This document shows, in pieces, positions 10,164 through 19,780 of a stretch of DNA of 64,000 bases. Every line of letters begins with the position of its first letter. Position 1 is the stretch's first letter. Position numbers and translations under genes: made by a program. The notes beneath the pieces were generated by a model. It saw only the letters and a list, made by a program, of their open reading frames with translations, made no database searches and was not told the DNA's origin. This DNA is from Parcubacteria group bacterium M6-OD1-1 (lineage in GTDB: Bacteria; Patescibacteriota; Minisyncoccia; GWC2-36-17; M10-OD1-4), in contig LSNK01000002.1 in NCBI GenBank assembly GCA_003056085.1, forward strand, positions 42,485 to 106,484, read 5' to 3'.

Positions 10164-10400
10164 TTATTTCTTTCTTTTTACAGTTTTTTTCTTAGCAACT
10201 CTTTTTTTAGGAGCTGCTTTTCTTTTTATAGTTTTTTTCTTAGCAGCTGCTTTTCTTTTTGGAGCAGCCTTCCTCTTTACTACTTTCTTTTTAGCAACTC
10301 TTTTTTTAGGAGCTGCTTTTTTCTTTACTACTTTTTTCTTAGCAACTGCTTTTCTTTTTGGAGCTGCTTTTTTTCTTGTTGTTTTTTTCTTTACTGGCAT
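10164..10400 (-). CDS. Histone H1/Hc1-like lysine/alanine-rich DNA-binding protein built from tandem KKRVAKKKVVKRKAAPK-type repeats
   Basis: 78 aa, about 45% Lys; the underlying DNA is a tandem repeat with a period of about 60 nt. Confidence 0.55.
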   Translation of the reverse strand: MPVKKKTTRKKAAPKRKAVAKKKVVKKKAAPKKRVAKKKVVKRKAAPKRKAAAKKKTIKRKAAPKKRVAKKKTVKRKK

Positions 10401-10670
10401 TTTTTTATCAAATTTATTTCGTAATAATCTCTTTTATTTTTTGCCTTAAGGCCAGTTCACTAAAAGTGAAAAAATTATACGTTATAAATCTAAAACATTA
10501 TTTTAAAAACATACGACCTTTGAAAAAATTATTAAACTAAAAACTTATAAAAAACTTTTTCCTAACTTAATTATACTATAAATTAAAAATAAAAATAACT
10601 GTGGACAACTAAAAATTATTAATTTGTAATATTTTTTACCAAAATTAAAATTTAACTTCAATATTTTACC

Positions 10671-10706
10671 CGTAGCATATGGTGACGGTCGTCACCATAT
10701 GCTACG
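10671..10706. repeat. Perfect 16-bp-stem palindrome cgtagcatatggtgac-ggtc-gtcaccatatgctacg
   Basis: Read directly; shares the apex tgacRgtcgtca with the neighbouring hairpin. Confidence 0.6.
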
Positions 10707-10763
10707 TTAAATTAAATTTTAATTAAAACAATGAAATAATTTTTCAATTAAAATTTTAACTCC

Positions 10764-10817
10764 TAAAAAAATAACAACATTTCTGACAGTCGTCAGAAAT
10801 GTTGTTATTTTTTTATT
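10764..10817. terminator. Bidirectional terminator for murB: 18-bp perfect stem aataacaacatttctgac-agtc-gtcagaaatgttgttatt flanked by A7 and T8
   Basis: Read directly. Confidence 0.65.
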
Positions 10818-10857
10818 TTATTTAATTTAAAGTAAAATAACTTGCTTAAAATAAATT

Positions 10858-11817
10858 CTAAAAACCAAGAAATCTTAATTCTTCCTCCAACTCCACACCA
10901 AACTTTTCTTTGACTATTTTTTTAATTTCAAAAATTAGTTTATGAATATCTTTTGCTTTTGCATTATTTTTATTTACAATAAAGTTTGCATGCCTTTCTG
11001 AAACTTTAGCCCCGCCAATTTCAAAGCCTTTAAGACCTGCTCTGTCTATTAAAAAGCCAGCAGGCACGACTCCCCTCCTGACAAAAATAGAAAACTCGGG
11101 AATTTCTTTCCAAATATCCAAAGGAACATCTTTTCTTTCTGAAAGATCAATATTTTTAAAAACACACCCTTCTGATTTTTCAGAAAGAGGTTGATGACTC
11201 CTTCTAAAAAGCATATTTTCCGCCATTTTATCCATAATAACAACCGGATCATCTTTTTTAAATTTAAGTTTTGCTCCCATTATTAAAAGTCCGTTTTTCT
11301 TAAACGAACTTCCTCTATACAAAAAACCGCAATCTTTTAATGCCACGTTTTTAAAAGTTAGAGTTATTGGATCCAAAACTTCTACAAAATCAACATTATC
11401 TGCTATTTGACCTCCGCAGGATCCGGCGTTTCCAAATATAGCTCCGCCTAAAGTTCCTGGAAGTCCGGCCGCCCATTCAAGTCCTGACAATCCATTTTTC
11501 TTTGCGCTATTTACCAAAGCTCCCATTGGAACTCCGGAGCCGGCAAAAACAGATTCCTCCTGACAATCAAAATCGATATTTTGAATTTTATTTTTTATTA
11601 TTAAACCGTTAAAACCTTTATCAGATGCCAAAATATTCGTTCCTCCGCCCAAAATATAATACTGCATGTTATTTTGGTTTGCAAAAAAAACAGCGTCTTT
11701 TAATTCTTCCTTTTTTTCAGCTTCAATAAAAATATTAGCATTTCCTCCAACGCCAAAAGCGCTATGTTCTGATAAAGGTATATTTTTATATATTTTTTTG
11801 AATTTATCCAATTTCAT
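10858..11817 (-). CDS. murB: UDP-N-acetylenolpyruvoylglucosamine reductase MurB
   Basis: FGVGGNANIF...YYILGGGTNILASD FAD-binding domain; C-terminal MurB fold. Confidence 0.9.
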   Translation of the reverse strand: MKLDKFKKIYKNIPLSEHSAFGVGGNANIFIEAEKKEELKDAVFFANQNNMQYYILGGGTNILASDKGFNGLIIKNKIQNIDFDCQEESVFAGSGVPMGALVNSAKKNGLSGLEWAAGLPGTLGGAIFGNAGSCGGQIADNVDFVEVLDPITLTFKNVALKDCGFLYRGSSFKKNGLLIMGAKLKFKKDDPVVIMDKMAENMLFRRSHQPLSEKSEGCVFKNIDLSERKDVPLDIWKEIPEFSIFVRRGVVPAGFLIDRAGLKGFEIGGAKVSERHANFIVNKNNAKAKDIHKLIFEIKKIVKEKFGVELEEELRFLGF

Positions 11818-11841
11818 AATTATTTATTTGCATTTTACAAT

Positions 11842-13545
11842 TTAAAGAAATATATCAAAACCTTCCTTATATAATTTTAATTCATTTCTTGAGATTTTAA
11901 AAACCGAATCAAAGGTTCTTCCGCCTTTTAAAAACTTTTCTGCAGTCATATTAAGCCAATGCTTCGTGCCGTCCGGGTTTATTTGATAAACTTTAAAATC
12001 TCCTTCCGCCAAAACAAGAGAACTCTCTTTATAAAAATCAAATTCTTCTCTGCTTAAAACAACGATAGACGACGCATCATAAAAATTTAATATTTTCTCA
12101 TTTTTTATATGTCTTAAATACCCACCCTTTACAACATAAACCTTAAAGTCCCAAGCCGGTCTCACAAGCGACCCGTCCGGCAGTAATTTACGCTGAATTT
12201 TTTGAGTAACTATATTAGTTTCTGAATTTTTACTTTTTGTTGTAATTTTAATAATGAAATTTCTTTTTGGTTCATCATCGGAAAAATCACTTAACTTTGT
12301 TTTTGAAGTTGGAATTAAAATAATATCTTTAATTTTACTTCCAAGACCCAAAAGCGCAAGAGACCCTTTATTGTTTTTTATATCCATATCACCGATTGAA
12401 ATATTTCCATTTTTTTCATTTAAAATATAAGTCATATCAAAAACTCCTTCATTTTTTCCTTCAAATTCAATATTTAAAAATTCTGTATTACCAAAATACT
12501 TTATCCATGACTGTTGCCAGTCTTTTAGGAGATAACTAAAACCTTTAGTGTCTCCATCAGACACCTGATAAGAAACTGCCGGCTCTATTTGAAAACTAAT
12601 ATTGGGATTTAAATATTTTGAATCCTTCAAAAAAATATTTTTTTGACTTAAATAATTTGTAATTTGCCATTTTTTGAAAACATCAGAAAAAGAAACAGTG
12701 TACCCGAGTTTTTTTAGAGCATCATTTATGCTTGCTATCCCAACACTGTCACTTTGAATCATTTCTTTAAATATATTATCTCCGTAATTATCGGCTAAAT
12801 ACTGCGAAAATACACTAACAACAGCATAATCTGCTGAATCGTTTTGCCATTCGGTTAAAGAATCCCACGGACTTTTTGAGAAATTCTTTACTCTAGATTC
12901 CAAAAAACTATTTTTATAAGGAGAATTATACCCTAAAAACTCCAAAGCATATTCACTTCTTAATTCATTTAACCAAATATCCTCTGCTATATTTTTTTGT
13001 ACTTCTTTATTATTAATACTTATGAGATGTTGAAATTCATGAGCAAAAAAACTATACACGTAATCTTTATTTATAAAATCAGAATTTAAATAAATAATCT
13101 CTTTTTCATTTGTCGCGTCCCTATTGACTTGAGTTTTCAAAAAAGCATCCGCAGTATTTACATAACCTCCATTGCCTTTTTTCAAATCAAAAAATAAAAT
13201 ATACACCTTCTCATCTCCGTCTATACCGGGACTTCTTATATTGCCGAATTTCTCTGTTAATATCGGATAAATTTTTTCATTATACTCTTTTGAAATCTTT
13301 TTTAAAGAATTTAAAACTTCGGAAGTTTCGTTTGAATTTAAAGAATTAAAATACTCATCATCAACAAAAAAATGAGCGCGCGGACCCTCAAACCTAAGCG
13401 TCGCTTTAAGCTCCGTTTTTCCATTTTCTGAAAATTCAGAATCAACAAAAAAACTCTGCACCTGACCTAAAGACGCGGCATTTGCCAAATTAAATTGAGC
13501 AAAAACAGCTAAAAATACAAATATTGGTAAAAGTTTGAAATTCAT
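11842..13545 (-). CDS. Secreted protein with a signal peptide and an HExxH motif (putative zinc metallopeptidase-like). The start is taken at MNFKLLPIFVFLAVFA.
   Basis: Signal peptide ...FAQFNLANA; FAHEFQHLI. Confidence 0.5.
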   Translation of the reverse strand: MNFKLLPIFVFLAVFAQFNLANAASLGQVQSFFVDSEFSENGKTELKATLRFEGPRAHFFVDDEYFNSLNSNETSEVLNSLKKISKEYNEKIYPILTEKFGNIRSPGIDGDEKVYILFFDLKKGNGGYVNTADAFLKTQVNRDATNEKEIIYLNSDFINKDYVYSFFAHEFQHLISINNKEVQKNIAEDIWLNELRSEYALEFLGYNSPYKNSFLESRVKNFSKSPWDSLTEWQNDSADYAVVSVFSQYLADNYGDNIFKEMIQSDSVGIASINDALKKLGYTVSFSDVFKKWQITNYLSQKNIFLKDSKYLNPNISFQIEPAVSYQVSDGDTKGFSYLLKDWQQSWIKYFGNTEFLNIEFEGKNEGVFDMTYILNEKNGNISIGDMDIKNNKGSLALLGLGSKIKDIILIPTSKTKLSDFSDDEPKRNFIIKITTKSKNSETNIVTQKIQRKLLPDGSLVRPAWDFKVYVVKGGYLRHIKNEKILNFYDASSIVVLSREEFDFYKESSLVLAEGDFKVYQINPDGTKHWLNMTAEKFLKGGRTFDSVFKISRNELKLYKEGFDIFL

Positions 13546-13712
13546 ATTTTTATTATACCATAAGAAAAAAGAAAAATTTGCCAAAAACAAAAAGCCAGCC
13601 GGAGGCAACTCTAAATTCCAAATGTAATAAAAGAGTTCAATCCAGCTGACTTACATACAAGTTTAACAAAAAAATAAAAAATATTTAAATAAAGATATCC
13701 ACAACCTAAATT

Positions 13713-15011
13713 TTAATATCTCAGCAATTTATGAGCCTCTTGCCATATGTCCCCCGCACCCATAAAAATCACGACAGAATCTTCATTTAAATATTTTTTG
13801 CAATGCTTTATTATATCTTCTTTGTTTTTTACATAAATTGATTTTTTGCCTATTCTGTCTGATATTTCTTTTATACTTACATTTTTATCTATAGATTCTC
13901 TTGCCGAAGAATAGACATCCATCAAAACAACTTCATCTGCCAAATCTAAAGCATTAGAAAAATTATCAGAAAACTTTTTTGTTCTTGAATAAGTATGCGG
14001 TTGAAAAACCGCTATTATTTTTTTACTAAAAAACATATTTCTTACTCCGAGTAAAGTTGCCTTTATTTCAGACGGGTGATGAGCGTAGTCATCCACTATT
14101 GTTGTTTTTTTATTTTTACCTAAAATCTCAAATCTTCTTGCTGTTCCTTTAAATTCTTCTATGTATTTTTTTGCATCATCTTTTGAAACATCCAATTCCA
14201 AAGCAGAAAGATAAGCGGCGTTTGCATTATACAAGTTGTGCTCCCCGGGAATCTTTATCTTAAGATCAACCAATTTATCTTTCCCGTAAAAAATAACCTT
14301 ACACTTTAAATTTTTTGTTATTTTTATAATTTCCTCGTAGTCTCTGTTAGCCACCAAAAAACCATTTTCTGAAATACTTTCTGCAAATTCTAAAAATACA
14401 TCTTCATACTCTTCTTTTGTTTTGTAACAATCAGGATGATCATAATCTATACTTGTTATAACAGCCGCCTTTGGCTTGTATCTTAAAAATGCTTTTTTAT
14501 ATTCATCCGCCTCAAGAACAAATATAGCATCGTTTTTTTTAATATCATTTATTTTGGCGCCGCTTCCCCATTCATTAACCTTAGAACCGACTATTGCATT
14601 CACATTTTTCCCCGCCCTATCCAAAATATAAGCCAGCATCGCCGTTGTTGTAGTTTTTCCGTGGCTTCCTGAAACCGCAACCCCAAATTTATTATTAAAA
14701 AACCAAGAAATAACTTCCGGGTATGTAAAAACAGGAATGCCTAAATCCTCCGCTTTTTTAATGTCAGTGTTGTTTTCCTTGTTGTAAGCCACCGACCTCA
14801 CAACAGCATCAACCGCAGAGAAATCATTCTCCGAAAAACCAAAAACAGAAATTCCAGCTTTTTTTAAAGCCGAATCTGTCATAAACTCTTCCGGCACATC
14901 AGAGCCTGAAACCTCACACCCGCTATCTTTTAAAAATTCTGCAAGCGCAGCAACCCCCACTCCCTTTATTCCTACAATATAGATTTTTTTGTATTTTTTA
15001 GAATCAAACAT
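13713..15011 (-). CDS. murC: UDP-N-acetylmuramate--L-alanine ligase MurC. The start is at MFDSKKYKKIYIVG, which avoids overlap with the upstream gene.
   Basis: IYIVGIKGVGVAALAEFL..., VAVSGSHGKTTTTAMLAYIL. Confidence 0.92.
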   Translation of the reverse strand: MFDSKKYKKIYIVGIKGVGVAALAEFLKDSGCEVSGSDVPEEFMTDSALKKAGISVFGFSENDFSAVDAVVRSVAYNKENNTDIKKAEDLGIPVFTYPEVISWFFNNKFGVAVSGSHGKTTTTAMLAYILDRAGKNVNAIVGSKVNEWGSGAKINDIKKNDAIFVLEADEYKKAFLRYKPKAAVITSIDYDHPDCYKTKEEYEDVFLEFAESISENGFLVANRDYEEIIKITKNLKCKVIFYGKDKLVDLKIKIPGEHNLYNANAAYLSALELDVSKDDAKKYIEEFKGTARRFEILGKNKKTTIVDDYAHHPSEIKATLLGVRNMFFSKKIIAVFQPHTYSRTKKFSDNFSNALDLADEVVLMDVYSSARESIDKNVSIKEISDRIGKKSIYVKNKEDIIKHCKKYLNEDSVVIFMGAGDIWQEAHKLLRY

Positions 15012-15012
15012 T

Positions 15013-16509
15013 TTATTTAAATTTTCTCCTAAGAAAAAAACCTCCCACAAAACCAATTATTATAAAAAATGAAAGAAAAAGTAAATTATCAAAAGCAAAA
15101 GAACTTACATTTGCGCTTAAATTTACACTACTTCTTTTATCCGGCAGCGACTCCTCCTCACCTAAAACCATAGCATAAGCGGGCTCTGCCAAAAAACTTT
15201 TCTGTCCGCCTACTTTTACAAAAGATGCCCAATTTTTTGATATTAAATTTTTGGAGACTCCTTTATTTAAATTCACCTTTGCAGGCTCAAGGCCAACATT
15301 GCTATCGTCAAAATAAGTAGTCACATTTTTGAACCCCGGCGTTTTATTTTTTGTTAAGACAAATTCTTTCTCATTTTTTCTTGAAGCGGAAAATTTATCA
15401 TCTGAAAAATCGTACTCCACCTTATCAATCGCCTGTCCGTTGGGATACAAAAAAGCCAATTCTCCTTTTTGTCTTATTATATCGCTTCCTAAAATATCTT
15501 CAGAAAAAACTAAATATGAAAATGAAGCTAAAAAAGTCCCATCCGGGATTATAAATGTATTTTCTCCATTGGTGAATTTCCAACCGGAAACATCAATAAA
15601 ATTTTCTGAATCATTATAAACTTCCAGCCAACCATTTTTGTTATTCTCCCCAGAAAAAAATTCCGAAATATACACTCCAACAGGATAAATAGTTACCTCT
15701 ATCTGACTTTGGCTCCTATAAGCTCCTTGTTGGACAAAAAGCGTAACTAAATATTTCCCCGGGAAATTATAACCATACAAAAAACTTTCTCCTTTTTTTA
15801 CATTCCCATTCCCCATATTCCAAGAAAAATCTAAATTATTTCCTTCTGACTTTGAACCGTCAAAAAATATATTCTGCCCCACTTGCGCCACAATATTTTC
15901 TCCGGCATCCGCTCTCACAAAAACAGAGCTTCCAGCCCCTGTTGCAACACTTTTTACATCAATAACTTCAAAATTATCTGTTTTTTGTATTTCTTCTTGT
16001 TGTAAATTTTCCTTAAGTACTGTATTTTTATTTTCAGCTCTTGGAGTTGAGGTTGCGCTAATCCACCCGCCCGAAACTCTCTGTGCCGTTTGTTTTGTCT
16101 CATTGTCCCCAAAAGCGGCTTCCCAGCTATTTGACCCGTCTACTCTATCAACTTCAACTCCGATTGAGTTTTTTAAAATCAATATTTCTCCCGAATTTGA
16201 AAGAGCGCCGGAATATATCTTGTCTGCCGCAACATTTGGCACTGTCTTGTCGTCCACTCTTTCAAGTAAAAAATATCCGTTTCCTTCTATGTTCCCCTCA
16301 AGCTCTATTTTTGGACTGCCGTCTTGCGCCTCCAAAACCCAACCGGAAACATCAACACTACTTGAGCTTGTATTTTTTAACTCTATCCATTCGTCATTTG
16401 CAGACACCTCTGTCCCCATCCATGCAATCTCGTTGATAAAAACTTGAGCGTTCACGCCAAATGGAATAATAAATATTGTAAAAAGTAAGATACTGTAAAT
16501 TATCTTCAT
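15013..16509 (-). CDS. Cell-surface protein with two lamin-tail domains (LTD) and a C-terminal TM anchor
   Basis: Signal peptide; VFINEIAWMGTEVSANDEWIELKNTSSSSVDVSGWVL and YISEFFSGENNKNGWLEVYNDSENFIDVSGWKF LTD signatures. Confidence 0.65.
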   Translation of the reverse strand: MKIIYSILLFTIFIIPFGVNAQVFINEIAWMGTEVSANDEWIELKNTSSSSVDVSGWVLEAQDGSPKIELEGNIEGNGYFLLERVDDKTVPNVAADKIYSGALSNSGEILILKNSIGVEVDRVDGSNSWEAAFGDNETKQTAQRVSGGWISATSTPRAENKNTVLKENLQQEEIQKTDNFEVIDVKSVATGAGSSVFVRADAGENIVAQVGQNIFFDGSKSEGNNLDFSWNMGNGNVKKGESFLYGYNFPGKYLVTLFVQQGAYRSQSQIEVTIYPVGVYISEFFSGENNKNGWLEVYNDSENFIDVSGWKFTNGENTFIIPDGTFLASFSYLVFSEDILGSDIIRQKGELAFLYPNGQAIDKVEYDFSDDKFSASRKNEKEFVLTKNKTPGFKNVTTYFDDSNVGLEPAKVNLNKGVSKNLISKNWASFVKVGGQKSFLAEPAYAMVLGEEESLPDKRSSVNLSANVSSFAFDNLLFLSFFIIIGFVGGFFLRRKFK

Positions 16510-16522
16510 AAAATTAAAAATT

Positions 16523-17098
16523 CTATTTTGAAAGTTTTTTCAAAATAGTCGGTATTTTTTTAAAATCTTCTTCTAATGTTTCTCTTAACCCTCCATTGTA
16601 AAGTGCGGCGGCAGGATGATAAAGCGGGAGAATATTAAAGGTTTTTTTTGTTTTTTTATTTACAATCTTCTTAGGCTTTCCATGAACATCAGAAATTTTA
16701 AAAGTATTAGGCAAAAAACGATACATAGAATGCCTGCCTAAAGTTGCCACCAAAAGAGGATTTATAAGCTCCAATTGTTTCCATAAATATAAATCTGAAC
16801 ATATATCAGCTTCATCATCCTGTGGATCTCTGTTGTTTGGCGGACGGCATTTTACGATATTTGTTATAAAAACATCTTCTCTTTTTAAACCTATAGACTC
16901 TATCATAGAGGTTAAAAATTTACCGGCGGCGCCGATAAATGGTTTGCCTTCCAAGTCTTCCGCTTTCCCGGGAGCTTCACCGATAAAAACAATTTTAGCC
17001 TTAAAATCTCCATCTCCAAAAACAGCATTGGTTCTTTCTTTGTAAAGCCTGCACTTTTGGCATTTTTTTATCTGTTTTTCCAAATCTTTTAAGTTCAT
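16523..17098 (-). CDS. Uracil-DNA glycosylase, family 4
   Basis: CQKCRLYKERTNAVFGDGDFKAKIVFIGEAPGKAEDLEGKPFIGAAGKFL. Confidence 0.85.
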   Translation of the reverse strand: MNLKDLEKQIKKCQKCRLYKERTNAVFGDGDFKAKIVFIGEAPGKAEDLEGKPFIGAAGKFLTSMIESIGLKREDVFITNIVKCRPPNNRDPQDDEADICSDLYLWKQLELINPLLVATLGRHSMYRFLPNTFKISDVHGKPKKIVNKKTKKTFNILPLYHPAAALYNGGLRETLEEDFKKIPTILKKLSK

Positions 17099-17164
17099 GC
17101 TTTAAAGAATAACAAAAAAAAGCAATCATAGCAAAACTCATACTTAAGCACTCAATACTTAAAT

Positions 17165-17196
17165 AAAATACAATTAAAAAAGCGGGTTCAATAGAA
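17165..17196 (-). terminator. Terminator (agcgggttctattgaacccgct plus T6 on the minus strand)
   Basis: Read directly. Confidence 0.6.
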
Positions 17197-17455
17197 CCCG
17201 CTATGAAGAATCTTTCTCGGCGTAGGAATAAATGGCGATAATCCATTATGCTCTAAGCATGGTTTTAATATGCTTCACTGGCCTTATTGACTCAGTGTGA
17301 TCAAGGGTGTCTATCCCCATCAACAGATTATCATTTATTTACATTCTTCGTGCCTACCCATTCACCTGATGTCGGAGTAGAATGGTCTCCGTTATTACTA
17401 TTATCGTAACATAAGAACCCTCCTTTTTGCATCCTGGCATTAACTAATCACTTAA
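17165..17455 (-). ncRNA. Candidate small RNA or leader of about 290 nt with its own promoter and terminator and no ORF longer than 28 codons. It contains a consensus SD (AAAGGAGGG) 7 nt upstream of a 3-codon mini-ORF (ATG TTA CGA TAA).
   Basis: -35 TTGACA/-10 TAACAT with a 17-nt spacer at 17489-17461 (minus); terminator at 17165-17196; GC above the local background. Confidence 0.3.
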
Positions 17456-17460
17456 GTAAA

Positions 17461-17489
17461 ATGTTAGCATATTTATCAAAATTTGTCAA
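17461..17489 (-). promoter_or_regulatory. Sigma-70-like promoter TTGACA-17nt-TAACAT
   Basis: Read on the minus strand. Confidence 0.4.
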
Positions 17490-17523
17490 TAGTTTTGACG
17501 AAAAATACAATCATCACAAAAAA

Positions 17524-17546
17524 AATCGCTCAAGTTGAGCGATTTC
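17524..17546 (-). terminator. Terminator for the 17548..17823 gene (atcgctcaagttgagcgat plus T8 on the minus strand)
   Basis: Read directly. Confidence 0.55.
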
Positions 17547-17547
17547 A

Positions 17548-17823
17548 CTAATAGCACATTTTATCTGTTGGAAGCAATTTATGCATAGAAAAAATTGTTT
17601 CAATTACACCAAGAAGGTAATATGCTTTTTTTATATCCCCATTTTCATATGACTCTTCTGCAAGAAATATTAAGAAGTGAGCATGCATAAGCGCAAATCC
17701 TCCATTGCAGAGAAAATTTATATCGCTTTTTGGCATTTCTTGAGAAACTATGCATGAGCTCTTAAAATAATCTTTGTATCTGTCTAATCGTGCTTCAAAA
17801 TCTTTATGGTCTGCAGTATTCAT
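17548..17823 (-). CDS. Hypothetical 91-aa protein (GC-richer islet)
   Basis: ORF with its own terminator. Confidence 0.4.
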   Translation of the reverse strand: MNTADHKDFEARLDRYKDYFKSSCIVSQEMPKSDINFLCNGGFALMHAHFLIFLAEESYENGDIKKAYYLLGVIETIFSMHKLLPTDKMCY

Positions 17824-17924
17824 AATATTTCTCCTTTTGCATTTTTGTAACGCGGATACTCTACTAACTCATAGTTAAATTTTTTCTTGTATTTGTCAAG
17901 CGTTTAAATAAATTTCAAAAAAAA

Positions 17925-17952
17925 GCGGCCGGGAAGCAAAGTCCCGGCCGCA
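17925..17952 (-). terminator. GC-rich terminator gcggccgggactttgcttcccggccgc plus T8 (minus)
   Basis: Read directly. Confidence 0.7.
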
Positions 17953-17959
17953 ACACTTT

Positions 17960-19780
17960 CTAACTGCGTAATTCTCCAAGCTGTTGAAGCTTAACGAGCT
18001 TCGCATAAAGTCCATTGTGAGCCACTAATCGCTTGTGGTCTCCCTCCTCAATTATACTACCTCTATCCACTACACATATTTTATCCGCCATTTCAATAGT
18101 AGACAATCTATGCGCAATAGCCACAATTGATATGGACATTTCTTGTCTTAACTTCCCTATCATTTCTTGAATCGCCTTTTCCGCCTCGCTATCCAAGCTT
18201 GAAGTTGCCTCATCCAAAATAAGCACTTTTGCGCCATTTAAAAGAGCGAGGTATGCACGGGCAATGCCGACGCGTTGTCGTTCTCCTCCTGAAAGCCTGA
18301 CTCCTCTTTCGCCAACCTGCGTATTTAGACCATCGGGAAATCTACCTGTTTTTTTAAGCACAGAAACAAGATGAGCTGCATTAACTGCTTTAAGTATCTG
18401 ATCTTCTGATGCATCTGGACAAGCATAAGCGATATTTTCTCGCAAACTTAAATCAAAAATATCTACATCTTGCTGAACAGTTGCAAAAAGTCCGCGATAC
18501 CAGTTGCGATCAAGAGTACGGATATCTCTTCCGTCCAATGTTATACTTCCATCAGAAACATCATATACTCTGGCAAGCAAACGAACAACCGTAGATTTTC
18601 CTTCTCCACTTTTTCCGATAATTGCTGTCATCTGTCCTTGTGAAATACCCATATCAAAACTCTCAAGAATAAGTCTGCTTTTTTTGCTATAATAAAAACT
18701 GACATTATTAAATATAAACTCGCCACGATATTCACTCAAAATACCTGTTTTCGCATCGAGATTATTGTTTTGTACATCAATATTTGCACTCAATAAATCT
18801 TTCATGCGATATACCTCTACGATATCTTGCATCATTTTAGAGTATATTCTCACAATATTCTGCAAAGACCCCATAGATATGCCACCCGTTGCTATAAGAT
18901 ACACAAGAGTTCCAATATTAACCTCACTAAGAGAAACAAACCAAATGCCGGTCAGAAGTGCCGTTGAAAAAGCACCGCGCAAAACAAACCCAACAAAAAA
19001 CATCTCTTTTTGCATAGACAAGTGAATGCCAAGGTCAATTTTTTCCATACTGCCTCTTACTTCCTCCATGCGCCTTTTTTCCGTTTCTTCTTGTATAAAC
19101 CCCTGGACTGTAGCTACATTGATTATAGACTGACACAAAAATCCATTAGACGTTTCATTTTTACTTGACCATTCATTCCAGCTTGGAACACGCTTATCAT
19201 ATATACGCTTCACCAAGACAGCCATAGGAATAAATGGAGCAAAAAATATCAATGCCAGCACAGGACTTAGTGTCAGCATAATTACAAAATTTATCAGAAG
19301 ATAAAATACATTCGGCAAAATACCATCTAAAATGTTGCCTAAAAGCTCAATCATCTTGTCGCAGCCTTTGTTTATTTTTGTTACTTTTTTACCTGTATTT
19401 TCTTTCTCATGATACCCTTGGTGTAAAGCAAGCATTTTTTGCTGCACAACAACAGGCCACCAATTTTCAAGCCGTATAATACTTTTGAAAAAAATCGGAT
19501 TCTTAAAAAAATGATTCAAAATAAGTGCAAAAACAGGAGCAAGCGTCGCCATGACAAGTAAGAGTATGAATTGTTTATCATACCCATGCTTAATTACATT
19601 TGGCAATGCATTAACCACAAGATTAAGTGTATAAGGAATCATAAGAAAGACCACCTCAACACACAATATAACGAACACAAGCTTAATAATTCTTCCTTTC
19701 TCATCTCCAAGTAAATCCCATAAAATAGACAAACCTTTGATAAAAAATGAGCTGCTCCTATCTTCTTTTTTATTCTCCAT
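17960..19780 (-). CDS. ABC exporter, fused permease-ATPase (MsbA/type-1 exporter family); atypically GC-rich
   Basis: 6-TM domain plus GKSGEGKST Walker A, LSGGERQRVGIARA signature, ILDEATSSLD. Confidence 0.9.
   Translation of the reverse strand: MENKKEDRSSSFFIKGLSILWDLLGDEKGRIIKLVFVILCVEVVFLMIPYTLNLVVNALPNVIKHGYDKQFILLLVMATLAPVFALILNHFFKNPIFFKSIIRLENWWPVVVQQKMLALHQGYHEKENTGKKVTKINKGCDKMIELLGNILDGILPNVFYLLINFVIMLTLSPVLALIFFAPFIPMAVLVKRIYDKRVPSWNEWSSKNETSNGFLCQSIINVATVQGFIQEETEKRRMEEVRGSMEKIDLGIHLSMQKEMFFVGFVLRGAFSTALLTGIWFVSLSEVNIGTLVYLIATGGISMGSLQNIVRIYSKMMQDIVEVYRMKDLLSANIDVQNNNLDAKTGILSEYRGEFIFNNVSFYYSKKSRLILESFDMGISQGQMTAIIGKSGEGKSTVVRLLARVYDVSDGSITLDGRDIRTLDRNWYRGLFATVQQDVDIFDLSLRENIAYACPDASEDQILKAVNAAHLVSVLKKTGRFPDGLNTQVGERGVRLSGGERQRVGIARAYLALLNGAKVLILDEATSSLDSEAEKAIQEMIGKLRQEMSISIVAIAHRLSTIEMADKICVVDRGSIIEEGDHKRLVAHNGLYAKLVKLQQLGELRS

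Noticed and set aside
17165-17196. tRNA T-arm-like sequence GCGGGTTCAATAGAACCCGC
   Set aside because: The loop length is wrong for a T-loop and no acceptor or anticodon arms could be built. It is followed by a T-run on the minus strand, so it is an intrinsic terminator.
17001-17246. Minus-strand 81-aa ORF
   Set aside because: It runs through a terminator hairpin and overlaps the 5' end of the uracil-DNA glycosylase gene in another frame. The region is better explained as the 3' end of a noncoding unit.
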